A DNA stretch of 50,917 nt from Octopus sinensis (GCF_006345805.1 NW_021834298.1:1-50917); one strand, 5' to 3'. Numbered from the stretch's first letter, positions 11,084 through 23,553 are shown. Notes: generated by a model not told the origin, from the letters alone. A program made the numbers and translations.

Positions 11084-12404
11084 AAACGTTAGCGCACCGG
11101 GCGAAATGCGTAGCCGTATTTCGTCTGCCGTTACGTTCTGAGTTCAAATTCCACTGAGGTCGACTTTGCCTTTCATCCTTTCGGGGTCGGTAAATTAAGT
11201 ACCAGTTACGTACTGAGGTCGATGTAATCGACTTAATCCGTTTGTCTGCCCTTGTTTGTCCCCTCTGTGTTTAGCCCCTTGTGGGTAGTAAAGAAATAGG
11301 TATTTCGTCTGCCGTTACGTTCTGAGTTCACATTCCACTGAGGTCTACTTTGCCTTTCATCCTTTCAAGGTCGATTAAATAAGTACCAGTTACGTACTGG
11401 GGTCGATTTAATCGACTTAATCCGTTTGTCTGTCCTTGTTTGTCCCCTCTGTGTTTAGCCCCTTGTGGGTAGTAAAGAAATAGGTATTTCGTCTGCCGTT
11501 ACGTTCTGAGTTCAAATTCCACTGAGGTCGACTTTGCTTTTCATCCTTTCAAGGTCGATTAAATAAGTACCAGTTACTCACTGGGGTCGATGTAATCGAC
11601 TTAATCCGTTTGTCTGCCCTTGTTTGTCCCCTCTGTGTTTAGCCCCTTGTGGGTAGTAAAGAAATAGGTATTTCGTCTGCCGTTACGTTCTGAGTTCACA
11701 TTCCACTGAGGTCGACTTTGCCTTTCATCCTTTCAAGGTCGATTAAATAAGTACCAGTTACGTACTGGGGTCGATGTAATCGACTTAATCCGTTTGTCTG
11801 TCCTTGTTTGTCCCCTCTGTGTTTAGCCCCTTGTGGGTAGTAAAGAAATAGGTATTTCGTCTGCCGTTACGTTCTGAGTTCAAATTCCACTGAGGTCGAC
11901 TTTGCCTTTCATCCTTTCAAGGTCGATTAAATAAGTACCAGTTACTCACTGGGGTCGATGTAATCGACTTAATCCGTTTGTCTGCCCTTGATTGTCCCCT
12001 CTGTGTTTAGCCCCTTGTGGGTAGTAAAGAAATAGGTATTTCGTCTGCCGTTACGTTCTGAGTTCAAATTCCACTGAGGTCGACTTTGCCTTTCATCCCT
12101 TCAAGGTCGATTAAATAAGTACCAGTTACGTCCTGGGGTCGATTTAATCGACTTAATCCGTTTGTCTGCACTTGTTTGTCCCCTCTGTGTTTAGCCCCTT
12201 GTGGGCAGTAAAGAAAGAGGTATTTCGTCTGCCGTTACGTTATGAGTTCAAATTCCACTGAGGTCGACTTTGCCTTTCATCCTTTCGGGGTCGATTAAAT
12301 AAGTACCAGTTACGTACTGGGGTCGATTTAATCGACTTAATCCGTTTGTCTGCCCTTGTTTGTCCCCTCTGTGTTTAGCCCCTTGTGGGCATAAAAGAAA
12401 TAGG
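11084..12404 (+). repeat. Tandem array of 7 x 184-bp SINE-A units with partial head
   Basis: TATTTCGTCTGCC recurs at 11117, 11301, 11485, 11669, 11853, 12037, 12221; ends AAATAGG at 12404. Confidence 0.93.
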
Positions 12405-13074
12405 AAATGGCGTGATCTGGTGGTCTTGGCGATGGAGTTGGTGGCGAGTTACCTCCCCGCTAGCGATGTAAACAAGCGTGCATTCAACACTAAAGTGAGA
12501 GCTTCTCTCACGATGCCTACTACAGTAAAGTTTCTTTTAGCAGAACATCCACGTTTAAGTGGGAATGAATACGGCGGTGGTGTGTGTATGAGAGAGAAGG
12601 AAAGAGAGACGGGTTGAAGGAGAGAAGGGTTGAGTAAGAGAGATTGAGAGGGGGACAGAGGTATGGTTTGGGGTTCAGTCTCACCGCGGCGCAGCACTTT
12701 GGGAAAATGTCTTCTATAGTTACGGGTCGAGTGAATTTGGCAGACAGAGACTGTATGGGAACCTGTCGGGTTTAGATATACCTGCGCGCGAACCTTCGTG
12801 TCTGTGTTAACCTGACCCATCTCTTGACATCCAGTGTTAGTTTGTTTACGCCTCAGCAACTTAGCGGTTCAGCAAAAATTACCATCAAATACGTATCAAA
12901 CTTTAAAATAAAAGAAGCGATGTCAACTTATTCGACTAAAACGTTTAAAGTGGAAGCTACAGTATGGCCACAATCCAATGACAGAAACAAATAAGTAATG
13001 GAAAATAAATGAAATGAACGGAGGCAACATAAATTAAGGTGAAAAGTAGGAAATAAAAACGAAAATGTAGAATC

Positions 13075-13147
13075 TACCTCCGACGGGACTCGAACCCGCA
13101 ATCCCCGGCTTAGGAGGCCGGTGCCTTATCCATTGGGCCACGGAGGC
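13075..13147 (-). tRNA. tRNA-Arg-CCT: tRNA-Arg(CCT), consensus copy
   Basis: GCCTCCGTGGCCCAATGGATAAGGCACCGGCCTCCTAAGCCGGGGATTGCGGGTTCGAGTCCCGTCGGAGGTA; 73 nt cloverleaf, anticodon CCT, A20, A and B boxes, T4/T5 runs downstream. Confidence 0.96.
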
Positions 13148-13480
13148 TCACAGCAGCAGAACAGCAGAAATGAGGTTTTATACTCTTTACAAGTCTGTTG
13201 TCGTTTTCTTTCTGTCTCTCATTCTTCTTTCATTTTATCTTCTACCTTCCCCTTTCCTTCTCTCTTTTGTCACATTCCCCTCTCTCTCTGTCTTTCTCTA
13301 CTTCCCACTCCCTCTTTTACACTATTTCTTTCTTTCTCTCTCTTTTTTAACTATACTATTACGACTCCCTTCCTCTCTCTCTCTCTCTCTCTCGTTGTTA
13401 ATCATTCTGTCTGTCTTCCAATTGACAAACAAGGCTCGAATGCATCGAAATACACGTCTTCTCCCTCTCTTTCACTTCTC

Positions 13481-13562
<82 letters not shown>

Positions 13563-13724
13563 CCTCTCTTTCGGTCTCTGTCGTATGTGTATATGTATGC
13601 ATGTGTGCGTATATATGTGTGTGTGTGTGTGTCTTGAGTCACATCCCTATGACGTCAAACGCTTCCTCTTCTATCGCATACCTCTCCTCACACACGCCAA
13701 CAAACTCTCTATCTTTCGCTCTCA

Positions 13725-13758
<34 letters not shown>

Positions 13759-13892
13759 TTTTCTCCCCCCACCCACCCAATCAATACCTTCAACACATCT
13801 CCATTTCAAGTGTTGCCTGCTTTTACGCACACACATCTTCATACACACACACACATCGTATATTTATATACTGTCACCCTCTTACCAGCACA

Positions 13893-13928
<36 letters not shown>

Positions 13929-14307
13929 CTCTTTCTTTTTCTCTCTCTCTCTCTCTTCCTTTCTCTCTCTCTCTCTCTTTCTTTCTCTCTCTCTCCCCTC
14001 ACTCTCTTTCCCTCTCTTTCCCTTTCGTGGATTACTCTTTTACTCTTTTATTTGTTTCAGGCATTTGACTGCGGCCATGCTGGAGCAGCGCATTTAGTCG
14101 AAACAATCAACCCCAGGACTTATTTCTTTGTAAGCCTAGTACTTATTCTATCGGGCTCTTTTGCTGAACTGCTAAGTTACAGGGACGTAAACACGCCAAC
14201 ATTGGTTCTCAAGCGATAGTGGGGGAACAAACAGAGACCCAAATACACAAGTACACACACACATACACACGCATATATATATATATGTACATATATATAT
14301 GTATGTG

Positions 14308-14358
<51 letters not shown>

Positions 14359-14445
14359 GACGGGCTTCTTTCAGTTTCCATCTACCATATCCACTCACAA
14401 GGCTCTGGTCGATCTGAGGTTATAGAAGAACGCACTTGCCCAAGG

Positions 14446-14602
14446 CATTAGCGTAGCTAGGGGGAAGGCAGTAGGGGCAGTCCTCCACGGGCGATACTTT
14501 TAAAGGGGCGGCACTTATGGGTCTGCTTTCGGCAGTATATGTTTTTTTTGTGGTGTTCAGGGGTGGAAAATTGAAGGGCCGCCCCGGGTGGCACACACTC
14601 TA
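14446..14602. mobile_element. hAT-like MITE inserted in a family-B SINE
   Basis: 8-bp direct repeat GCCCAAGG at 14438-14445 and 14603-14610; left end CATTAGCGTAGCTAGGGGG; right TIR appears truncated; duplicate at 15655-15809. Confidence 0.6.
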
Positions 14603-14706
14603 GCCCAAGGTGTCACGCTGTGGGTCTGAACCTGGAACCATGTAGTTTCGAAGCAAGCTTCTTACCACACAGCCACACCTGATAGATTGATTGATTCATT
14701 CATTGA

Positions 14707-15074
14707 TGTTTCTTTATAAGCCACTCAGGGCTGAATAAAGACGGGGCAAATTACAAAGTAGAGCTTTTCTTTTGGGGGAGACAAAAAAAGTGGGGGTAGG
14801 TTTTCGATCAAAAGGGATCGTAAAAAGGAAAGAAAAAAAACGATCAATAGGGATCGTGTATTACAGAAATGCCATGATGTAAAGTGTAAAGGGGGAAATA
14901 GATAAGATTTATCCGTGGAAAGAAAAGCCTACGGAAAAGGCCACGGTAACCTCGGTCACTAATGTCACATGTTAACACATTTATTTGCAAGTAAGTAACT
15001 CTCTGTTTTAATTTTTCCGGGTTCATAGGATTATGCTCAAGGTGGCTTCGTCATTCCTACGTGCCATCCTTGCA
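14707..15074 (-). mobile_element. Tx1/L1-like LINE 3' end, 5'-truncated
   Basis: Reverse complement of ~3065-3466; ATCN-type repeats on both sides. Confidence 0.65.
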
Positions 15075-15522
15075 GATAGATAGACAGACAGACAGACAGA
15101 CACACACACACACCACACACACACACACACACCACTCTCTCTTTCTTTTTCTCTCTCTCTCTCTCTTCCTTCTCTCTCTCTCTCTCTCTTTCTTTCTCTC
15201 TCTCTCTCCCCTCACTCTCTTTCCCTCTCTTTCCCTTTCGTGGATTACTCTTTTACTCTTTTATTTGTTTCAGGCATTTGACTGCGGCCATGCTGGAGCA
15301 GCGCATTTAGTCGAAACAATCAACCCCAGGACTTATTTCTTTGTAAGCCTAGTACTTATTCTATCGGGCTCTTTTGCTGAACTGCTAAGTTACAGGGACG
15401 TAAACACGCCAACATTGGTTCTCAAGCGATAGTGGGGGAACAAACAGAGACCCAAATACACAAGTACACACACACACATACACACGCATATATATATATA
15501 TGTACATATATATATGTATGTG

Positions 15523-15567
<45 letters not shown>

Positions 15568-15912
15568 GACGGGCTTCTTTCAGTTTCCATCTACCATATC
15601 CACTCACAAGGCTCTGGTCGATCTGAGGTTATAGAAGAACGCACTTGCCCAAGGCATTAGCGTAGCTAGGGGGAAGGCAGTAGGGGCAGTCCTCCACGGG
15701 CGATACTTTTAAAGGGGCGGCACTTATGGGTCTGCTTTCGGCAGTATATGTTTTTTTGTGGTGTTCAGGGGTGGAAAATTGAAGGGCCGCCCCGGTGGCA
15801 CACACTCTAGCCCAAGGTGTCACGCTGTGGTCTGAACCTGGAACCATGTAGTTTCGAAGCAAGCTTCTTACCACACAGCCACACCTGATAGATTGATTGA
15901 TTCATTCATTGA

Positions 15913-16280
15913 TGTTTCTTTATAAGCCACTCAGGGCTGAATAAAGACGGGGCAATTACAAAGTAGAGCTTTTCTTTTGGGGGAGACAAAAAAAGTGGGG
16001 GTAGGTTTTCGATCAAAAGGGATCGTAAAAAGGAAAGAAAAAAAACGATCAATAGGGATCGTGTATTACAGAAATGCCATGATGTAAAGTGTAAAGGGGG
16101 AAATAGATAAGATTTATCCGTGGAAAGAAAAGCCTACGGAAAAGGCCACGGTAACCTCGGTCACTAATGTCACATGTTAACACATTTATTTGCAAGTAAG
16201 TAACTCTCTGTTTTAAATTTTTCCGGGTTCATAGGATTATGCTCAAGGTGGCTTCGTCATTCCTACGTGCCATCCTTGCA
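15913..16280 (-). mobile_element. Tx1/L1-like LINE 3' end (duplicated copy)
   Basis: Second copy inside the 1.2 kb tandem duplication. Confidence 0.65.
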
Positions 16281-16334
16281 GATAGATAGACAGACAGACA
16301 GACAGACACACACACACACCACACACAGACAGAC

Positions 16335-16416
<82 letters not shown>

Positions 16417-16630
16417 GTCTTACAGCCCCACCAGCGTCCTTTTATCTACCTCTACACACATGCACAAATGCATGCATGCGAGGTCCATCCTCGGTCATTG
16501 ATCCTAAGGTCATTTCTCCGGATTCTGTGACGCGTATAATCCCCGGTCCGTCGGTCCGTCGGAGGATCACTCGTCGTTGCCATTTGAGATGGAATGGAGG
16601 AAGGAGAAACAAATTGGTTTGCAGAGGAAC

Positions 16631-16851
16631 TGGCAGAAACGTTAGCACGTCGGGCGAAATGCTTAACGGTATTTCGCTTGTCGTTACGTTGTGAGTTCAA
16701 ATTCCGCCGAGGTTGACTTTACCTTTCATCCTTTCGAGATCGATAAATTAAGTACCAGTTACGCACTGGGGTCAATGTAATCGACTTAATACCTATGTCT
16801 GTCCTTGTTTGTCCCTTCTATGTTTAGCCCCTTGTGGGTAGTAAAGAAATA
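16631..16851 (+). mobile_element. SINE family A with 15-bp target-site duplication
   Basis: GGTTTGCAGAGGAAC at 16616-16630 and 16852-16866. Confidence 0.88.
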
Positions 16852-17174
16852 GGTTTGCAGAGGAACACGATACATCACCCCTCACCAGGAAATGAAATCA
16901 CAATCTTTTGACCATGAATGCAACACCTTAACCCCTAAACCAGACGCCGGCCATGCTGGAGCATATCCTTGAAGAATTTTTGAGGAAAGAAGAATCGACG
17001 CCAGAAGGCTTTAATCGGTCCGAGGCAATAGTAGAAGACACTTGCCCAAGGTGCCACGCAGTGGGACTGAACCCAGAACCATGTGGTTGGGAAGCAAACT
17101 TCTTACCATGCAGCCACACCTTTATATATGTATATATACATATATATAGACACATACATACATTCATACATACA

Positions 17175-18300
17175 TACATACCCATTCTTGATGTTGAAAT
17201 TCCTGTGAAGGAACCTAGGATCTTGGTTACCTAAGAAGGTGGTAAAGGCCTGTGATCAGTGCAGACGTCCTTCGAATGCCGTTCGGTATCACTCAGGCAG
17301 TATCTGCTAACAACAGCAGCAGAATAAAATATATAAATGCAGTCCTGAAAAGTGAAGTGAGCAACATTGTACGAGTTGGCAGTGAACTCCTCAAGAAGCA
17401 CTCTCTTCCTGGTGATCTCCTATACAGCCTCAAAGTAGCTGGGCTCTCTTACCTCAGAGAAGACCTGGATAGAAAGTACTCAGCGTACAAAAACGAAAAA
17501 AAAAAAAGACCATGCATGGGTATGTTGCCCGGAAGCTTGAAGAAGACAGTAGAATTGACACGAAGCGCAGCCTCTCTTGGACACAAGACCACTACATCAC
17601 ATGAAACTTTGAAAGCTATGCGTTTACAATCCAGAAACATATTTCCACAAAGTACCTGGTGAACAAGAGAGACAGAGACGCTCGTGTAATCCCAAGGTGC
17701 AACCGCATGTGTAGGCTATGTCCTGTTTCTGTGGAAGACATTGCGCATGTGATTAGAAGCTGACCTAAAATGTCCTGAAATATACTTAGAAAATCCCTCT
17801 GTTATGGAATACGTTCGTAAACACCAATTCAAGGAATACTGGTGGAATATTCCCATCAAACCCTCTGTCAAATGTGAATATGACAGACCGAATATTGTTG
17901 TTTGGAACAAAGGGGCAAAAGTATGTACCGTCATAGAGGTCAGCTGCCCTGTAGATATAAATACCTCTTTGAAAATCAAAGAAAAAGAGGATATCTATGA
18001 ACAACTTCTTCGTAACCTCCAGCTTTGATATCCAGACTATGAGTTCATATTCATACCAATAAAAATTGGAGCACTTAGTAAGTGCTTAAAGGAGAATCTG
18101 GATAAACTGGGATTTTCAGAAAAAGAAATCGACCGGCTAATTCGTACAAGTGCAATCTGTGAGTGGAACAGTAAAAATATGCAAGACTTTTCTCAAGTTC
18201 CAAATGTAAATTTGTCTGTGTTAACTCCATCCCAAAGATGGAGCCTTGTATTTTTGTTGGAAACCGACTCCCTCCTCAGTGGAAGATTTATAATAATTAA
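17175..18300 (+). mobile_element. R4/Dong-like (RLE-bearing) non-LTR retrotransposon 3' remnant
   Basis: EGGKGL post-RT motif; CRLCPVSVEDIAHVIRS*P is a CCHC knuckle with the last Cys mutated to stop; RPNIVVWNK..IEVSCPVDIN..EKEDIY is the restriction-like endonuclease motif; stops and frameshifts; TAA-like tail. Confidence 0.8.
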
Positions 18301-18306
18301 AAAATA

Positions 18307-18532
18307 TATTTCTTTACTATCCACAAGGGGCTAAACATAGAGGGGACAAACAAGGACAGACAAAGGGATTAAGTCGATTACATCGACCCCAGTGCGAAAC
18401 TGGTACTTTATTTATCGACCCCGAAAGGGATGAAAGGCAAAGTCGACCTCGGCGGAATTTGAACTCAGAACGTAACGTCAGACGAACTACCGCTAAGAAT
18501 TTCGCCCGGGGCGCTGACGTTTCTGCCAGCTC
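18307..18532 (-). mobile_element. SINE family A
   Basis: Reverse complement of the family-A consensus. Confidence 0.85.
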
Positions 18533-19027
18533 GAAAAAATAGAAGAGACATGCATCCTTCACCATTTCTGCCACATGGAGACAGTGACTTCACCGCCAGT
18601 ACTATGTTAAAAAACAGCAGCGTTTCATATGTGAAATATAAAAAGAAAATAACACAACTGAGGTGATCCATGCAATTAATGGCCAAAATATCCCACTAAA
18701 CGTCCTTTATAACACGATACACACCAAACTGCTTTTTTTTCAGTCATGTAATATTGAGGCATAGCATTTTAAATAGATGGAGTTGTTGTATTATAAACTG
18801 GTGTTCTGTCCCCGTGGACAGAAAACGTGGGATTAATTGCAACCAGTTTCTGGTTTTCATGCATCTTCATCATGAATCTCTATCCTCTGTCAACAGAGGA
18901 ATTTGTAGCTTCTGTCTACATAATGAAGGAGAAGAATATTAAGACTCAATGAAACTGGTGTGTCCAATTTGCATAACAATGACAGATGAATTTAATCATA
19001 ATGCATTACTCTATGTAGTAGTAGTAG

Positions 19028-19491
19028 CCTATGTCATCAAAGGCCAACTAAGATGGAGCGGCCACGTGGTTAGAATGACTGACGAACGACTTCCCAAACA
19101 GATCTTCTACTCCCAACTCAAAGACGGCAAGCGTACAAAAGGAGGCCAGAAGAAACGCTACAAGGACTCCCTGAAATCGAACCTCAAAAAGTGTGACATT
19201 GACTTCACCAACTGGGAGGAAACGGCAAAAAAACAGACCACTCTGGAAAACCACCATTCATGAGGGAACGGCGACTTTCGAGTCGAAAAGGTCTGCAGAG
19301 CTGGAGGAGAAAAGACGACGATGGAAGGAGCGCCAACAACAACCACGTGCAACTCTCCCTTCCGGCACTAGATGTCCGCACTGCGACCGATCTTTTCAAG
19401 CAAGGATTGGTCTTAGTCACCTACGGACTCACCAGTAAATTGGCGCGAAGACCATCATCCTCGACCTTGAGGGATTGCCATCATCATCATC

Positions 19492-19492
<1 letters not shown>
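19028..19492 (+). mobile_element. RTE-like LINE 3' end, 5'-truncated
   Basis: QLRWSGHVVRMTDERLPKQIFYSQLKDGKRTKGGQKKRYKDSLK, then CPHCDRSFQARIGLSHLRTH*; short 3' UTR with (CAT)n tail; (GTA)n on both flanks. Confidence 0.85.
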
Positions 19493-19555
<63 letters not shown>

Positions 19556-19890
19556 ACTACGAAACTAGTTCCAATAGACGGAACCATTACGTTGTTGCTT
19601 GATCTGCTAGACATGGCAGCCATACAGCCAAGCATCTTAAAGGAGGGAGTATACTCTGAATAAAGTAATTATTCTCGGGCACACCAAAAGGCGGGATGGT
19701 TACGGCTGGAATACCATTATGAGCACGGGAGCAAAATTTCCTTCACAAAAGGTAAAAACTGACCAATTCCTTCAAGCAGTCGCTTTTATTGCAGTTTCTC
19801 ATTTCCTTTGGAAAAATTAGATTATGGAAGAATTTGCGAGAATGGGATACGGAATATTGAGTTCTATTGTATTTACGAGATATAAATTAT

Positions 19891-20285
19891 AGGCGCAGGA
19901 GTGGCTGTGTGGTAAGTAGCTTGCTTACCAACCACATGGTTCCGAGGTCAGTTCCACTACGTGGCACCTTGGTCAGGTGTCTTCTACTATAGCCTCGAGC
20001 TGACAAAAGCCAAGTGAGTGGATTTGGTAGACGGAAACTGAAAGAAGCCCGTCATATATATATATATAGGTGTGTGTGTGATTGTGTGTCTGTGTTTGTC
20101 CCCCAACATCGCTTTATAACCGATGCTGGTGTGTTTACGTCCCCGTAAGTTAGCAGTTCAGCAATAGTGACCGATAGAATAAGTAGTAGGTTACAAAGAA
20201 TAAGTCCTGGGGTCGATTTGCTCGACTAAAGGCGGTGCTCCAGCATGGCTACAGTCAAATGACTGAAACAAGTAAAAGAGTAAAA
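19891..20285 (+). mobile_element. SINE family B, full length
   Basis: Head AGGCGCAGGAGTGGCTGTGTGGTAAG, internal (TA)(TG) tract, tail GTAAAAGAGTAAAA; more than 8 related copies in the window. Confidence 0.85.
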
Positions 20286-20334
20286 TTTGTGAAATCACAC
20301 AGAAATTAAAATATGAAAAAAAAAGAAACGTCAA

Positions 20335-20407
20335 TACCTCCGACGGGACTCGAACCCGCAATCCCCGGCTTAGGAGGCCGGTGCCTTATCCATTGGGCTA
20401 CGGAGGC
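20335..20407 (-). tRNA. tRNA-Arg-CCT: tRNA-Arg(CCT), A9 variant
   Basis: One change from consensus (G9>A); T9 terminator downstream. Confidence 0.95.
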
Positions 20408-20856
20408 TACTTGCTTTCATGGCTGCTTGTTTTGCTCTTTGGTTTCAATATGGAATGGTAGCTAACTCTGATGCCACTGCGTTATTTCGACTATTGATTT
20501 CTGCATTCTACTTTCAAAGTGCCAGATGTGTCTTTGCCATGGTCACGGTTGGATTTTACTGGCAAAGAGCAAGTAATTTGGGAAAACAAAGTCTAGAAAA
20601 TTATATTTTGGGGACAAACATTCTTTTACAAAAGGAAACAATGGCTTAATTCCTTGTCCTTTTCTTTCTCCATAAAAGAGGAATAAATCTTCGGAAAGTC
20701 AGAGTTGGGAAACGAACAAAAAGAAAGATCCAACGGAAACGTATTTGATCATTTACTGGAGACTATGGAAGAATTTAGAGTATTGAGTTCTCTTGCATTG
20801 CTGGTATATAATTGCCCAAATTTTTGAAATCATAATATAAAAAAAACAAAAATCAG

Positions 20857-20929
20857 TACCTCCGACGGGACTCGAACCCGTAATCCCCGGCTTAGGAGGC
20901 CGGTGCCTTATCCATTGGGCCACGGAGGC
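20857..20929 (-). tRNA. tRNA-Arg-CCT: tRNA-Arg(CCT), A49 variant
   Basis: G49>A converts the G49:U65 wobble to A:U; T-run terminator. Confidence 0.95.
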
Positions 20930-20990
20930 GGCTTGACTTCTATGCCATCTGATGTGCTCTTTGATGTCAGCGCAAAATGCTAACCACTCC

Positions 20991-20998
20991 TGACGTCA
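20991..20998. promoter_or_regulatory. TGACGTCA (CRE/ATF-type palindrome) at -62 to -69 of the tRNA
   Basis: Same motif at -61 to -68 of the 23204-23276 copy (23337-23344). Confidence 0.4.
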
Positions 20999-21395
20999 TT
21001 GTGTTTCATTATTTCGACTTTTGATTTCTGCATTTTACTATCGACTGCCACAAAAACGTGTCTGCATTGGTGCGCGTGTGCCATCGCAAGCATGCGTGTG
21101 TGTGCGCGCGCAGACCTGCGTTTGTGCGCACCCAAAGCCAGAAAGTGAAAAGATGTCGGTCACTACTTCAGGATCCGTTAATAACAATAGGTACATTGCC
21201 AACACTGAATTTCCAAAACCGACGCAGAAATTTACGTTTTTATCTTTTCCACCTTATCTGAAGATGGAACGAAATGACAATATTTGGAAACGGAAGAGCA
21301 TATTGTAAGCAGGAAAAATACATCACGTGTAACAATATAATTGACTGTTATTAATATTTCAAGAGGAAAAAAAAAAAAATTGGTTGATCGAAACA

Positions 21396-21468
21396 CACCT
21401 CCGACGGGATTCGAACCCGCAATCCCCGGCTTAGGAGGCCGGTGCCTTATCCATTGGGCCACGGAGGC
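21396..21468 (-). tRNA. tRNA-Arg-CCT: tRNA-Arg(CCT), A59/G73 variant
   Basis: Stems intact; T-loop TTCGAAT; discriminator G; long T-run terminator. Confidence 0.92.
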
Positions 21469-23203
21469 GACATGCTTCCACCTCCTTTCTCTTGTACTTT
21501 AAAGTAAAAAACAAAACATCTCGAATGCTGATTGTATGATACTAATTAAGTATTCACTTTTAGGATAAGCACCGGTTGACGTATTTTTCATGAAGAAATA
21601 TTATTGAAGAATATTAACTGCTGCTAGAGACACCAGGTGGCAGGAACGTGTTGAGTTATGTAAATTGATTAATCCAATAATGTTACATTGCTAAACGGTG
21701 TGGCTATTTAAGCAGCGTGTACGTGGATGGCTAATGAGTTGGATATGGTACTGAAGAAAGGGCAACTACTCTTGAAATATGCAGATACACTCATTACATA
21801 TTTTCTCTATCTTTGATTGCATTGTTTACTTAAACGTATTCATAAGCGAAACGTCGTAACTTTCAGAGCTGATTCTAAATTCTACAGAGGATCTCTCTGC
21901 AGAGATACAGTTTAAAATGATTAGAGAACCCCTTCACGCTGTATATATCTAGATTATTTGATTCTGGAAGAATGGAAGCGAAAATTGACTTCGATGGCAA
22001 TCTGAACTTTTCGATGCTAATACATAAACCATTCTGACAGATTCTGTCACTCGACGCATTTGACGTTGTTTATCCCAAGAACTGACTATTCTTCTTGTAT
22101 CCCTCATCGTCTCTCAGAGAGCTAATGATTTGTCACAAGACCAGCAGTTCTAAGGGGGAGGAAGATGATTACATCGACCCCAGTGCTCAACTTGTACTTT
22201 ATTTTACCAACTTCAAAATGCTGAAGGTTAAAATCGACCTTGACGGGGTTTGAACCCAGAATGTAAAAAAATAGGCAGAAGACATCTCACGAAGAACTTT
22301 GTCCGATGTGGTGACGATTCTGCCAGGTCGACACGTTACTCACAGCTTTCTAACGATGTCTCATTCACTGAACCGCGCAGAGAACTGAACAACGAGCCCC
22401 TTCTCTTCCTGTTTAGAAGTCACAGAAACACAGTTTTGATTCAATAGAAAAGGTTACATAAGATAATGTACCACCAGATCTCCCTCCTAAAGCAACAGCG
22501 TGGTCACGGTTGGAATGTACTGGGTAACGGCACGGAATTTAGGGGTTAAGATGTAGGAAATTACGTTCTGGGACAAAAGTTCTTTCACAAAAGGAAGGAA
22601 TCGCCTAATTCTTTGCCCTGTTCCTTCTTCATGAGAGAGGAATAGTTATTCGGAGAGTGAGACGATCGGAATTAAAGTTTAGAAACGGATGTTACAGTAA
22701 AAACTTGCAGGAATTATATTTAACGATTTATCAGCGGGTTCAATGCGGACCTCCTGCCATTAAACAGTAACTTTGATAACAGTTTATCATCTACTTTTTT
22801 AAAAATGAAATTATGGAGGAATCTAGAAAAAAGAATGATGTCGAATACTGAGTTCGATTGGATTGATGGAATATAAACTTTACGGAAAGTGATGACCCTC
22901 TTCTTCAAATGTAAACAAATACACGTACCGCCGGAAACAACCGCAGAAATTGCATTCACCTCAACAGACGTCATTGATTGGTTGAAATTGCCGAAATATA
23001 AGAAATTAAACAAGAAATAGCTTACAAACTACATAATTTTCTCAAGAACGCCAAGAGAAAAAGATGTTTTATGTGACACATTTTACCAGTATAAGAAGTT
23101 TAAAAGTGTTTAGTTACAAAGAAATTATTTTTAAAATCTGCCGGTCCAAGTGAAAAGATCCCAAATTTGTGAAATCATATAGAAATAACAAAAAAAAAAT
23201 CAG

Positions 23204-23276
23204 TACCTCCGACGGGACTCGAACCCGCAATCCCCGGCTTAGGAGGCCGGTGCCTTATCCATTGGGCCACGGAGGC
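23204..23276 (-). tRNA. tRNA-Arg-CCT: tRNA-Arg(CCT), consensus copy
   Basis: Identical to 13075-13147; T-run terminator. Confidence 0.96.
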
Positions 23277-23521
23277 GACTTGCTGTTAAGACATCTTGCG
23301 TTGCTCTTTGATGTCAACATAGAAAAGTCTGCAATCTGACGTCATTGCGTTAATTATTTCGTCTATTGATTTCTACGTTCTACTATCAAACCTCCAGTCG
23401 TAATGGTTGCGTGTGTGTGTTCTAGCGGGTGGATGTGTGTGTGTTCTAGCGGGTGGATGTGTGTGTGTTCTAGCGGGTGGATGTGTGTGTGTGTGTGGAT
23501 GTGTGTGTGTGTGTGTGTGGA

Positions 23522-23553
<32 letters not shown>

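Larger units (their letters stand above)
13892..16326. repeat. ~1.21 kb near-identical tandem duplication
   Basis: 14027 aligns to 15240 and 15061 to 16267; junction lies in a (CA)n tract; differences are mainly 1-nt indels in short runs. Confidence 0.9.

Noticed and set aside
16926-16941. Telomeric repeat or telomerase template (CCTTAACCCCTAAACC)
   Set aside because: A single imperfect occurrence, not CTAACCCTAA, with no supporting structure
18530-18960. Possible transposase remnant (minus strand, KAVWCVSCYKGRLVGYF)
   Set aside because: Only vague motif similarity with multiple stops; cannot assign without a profile search
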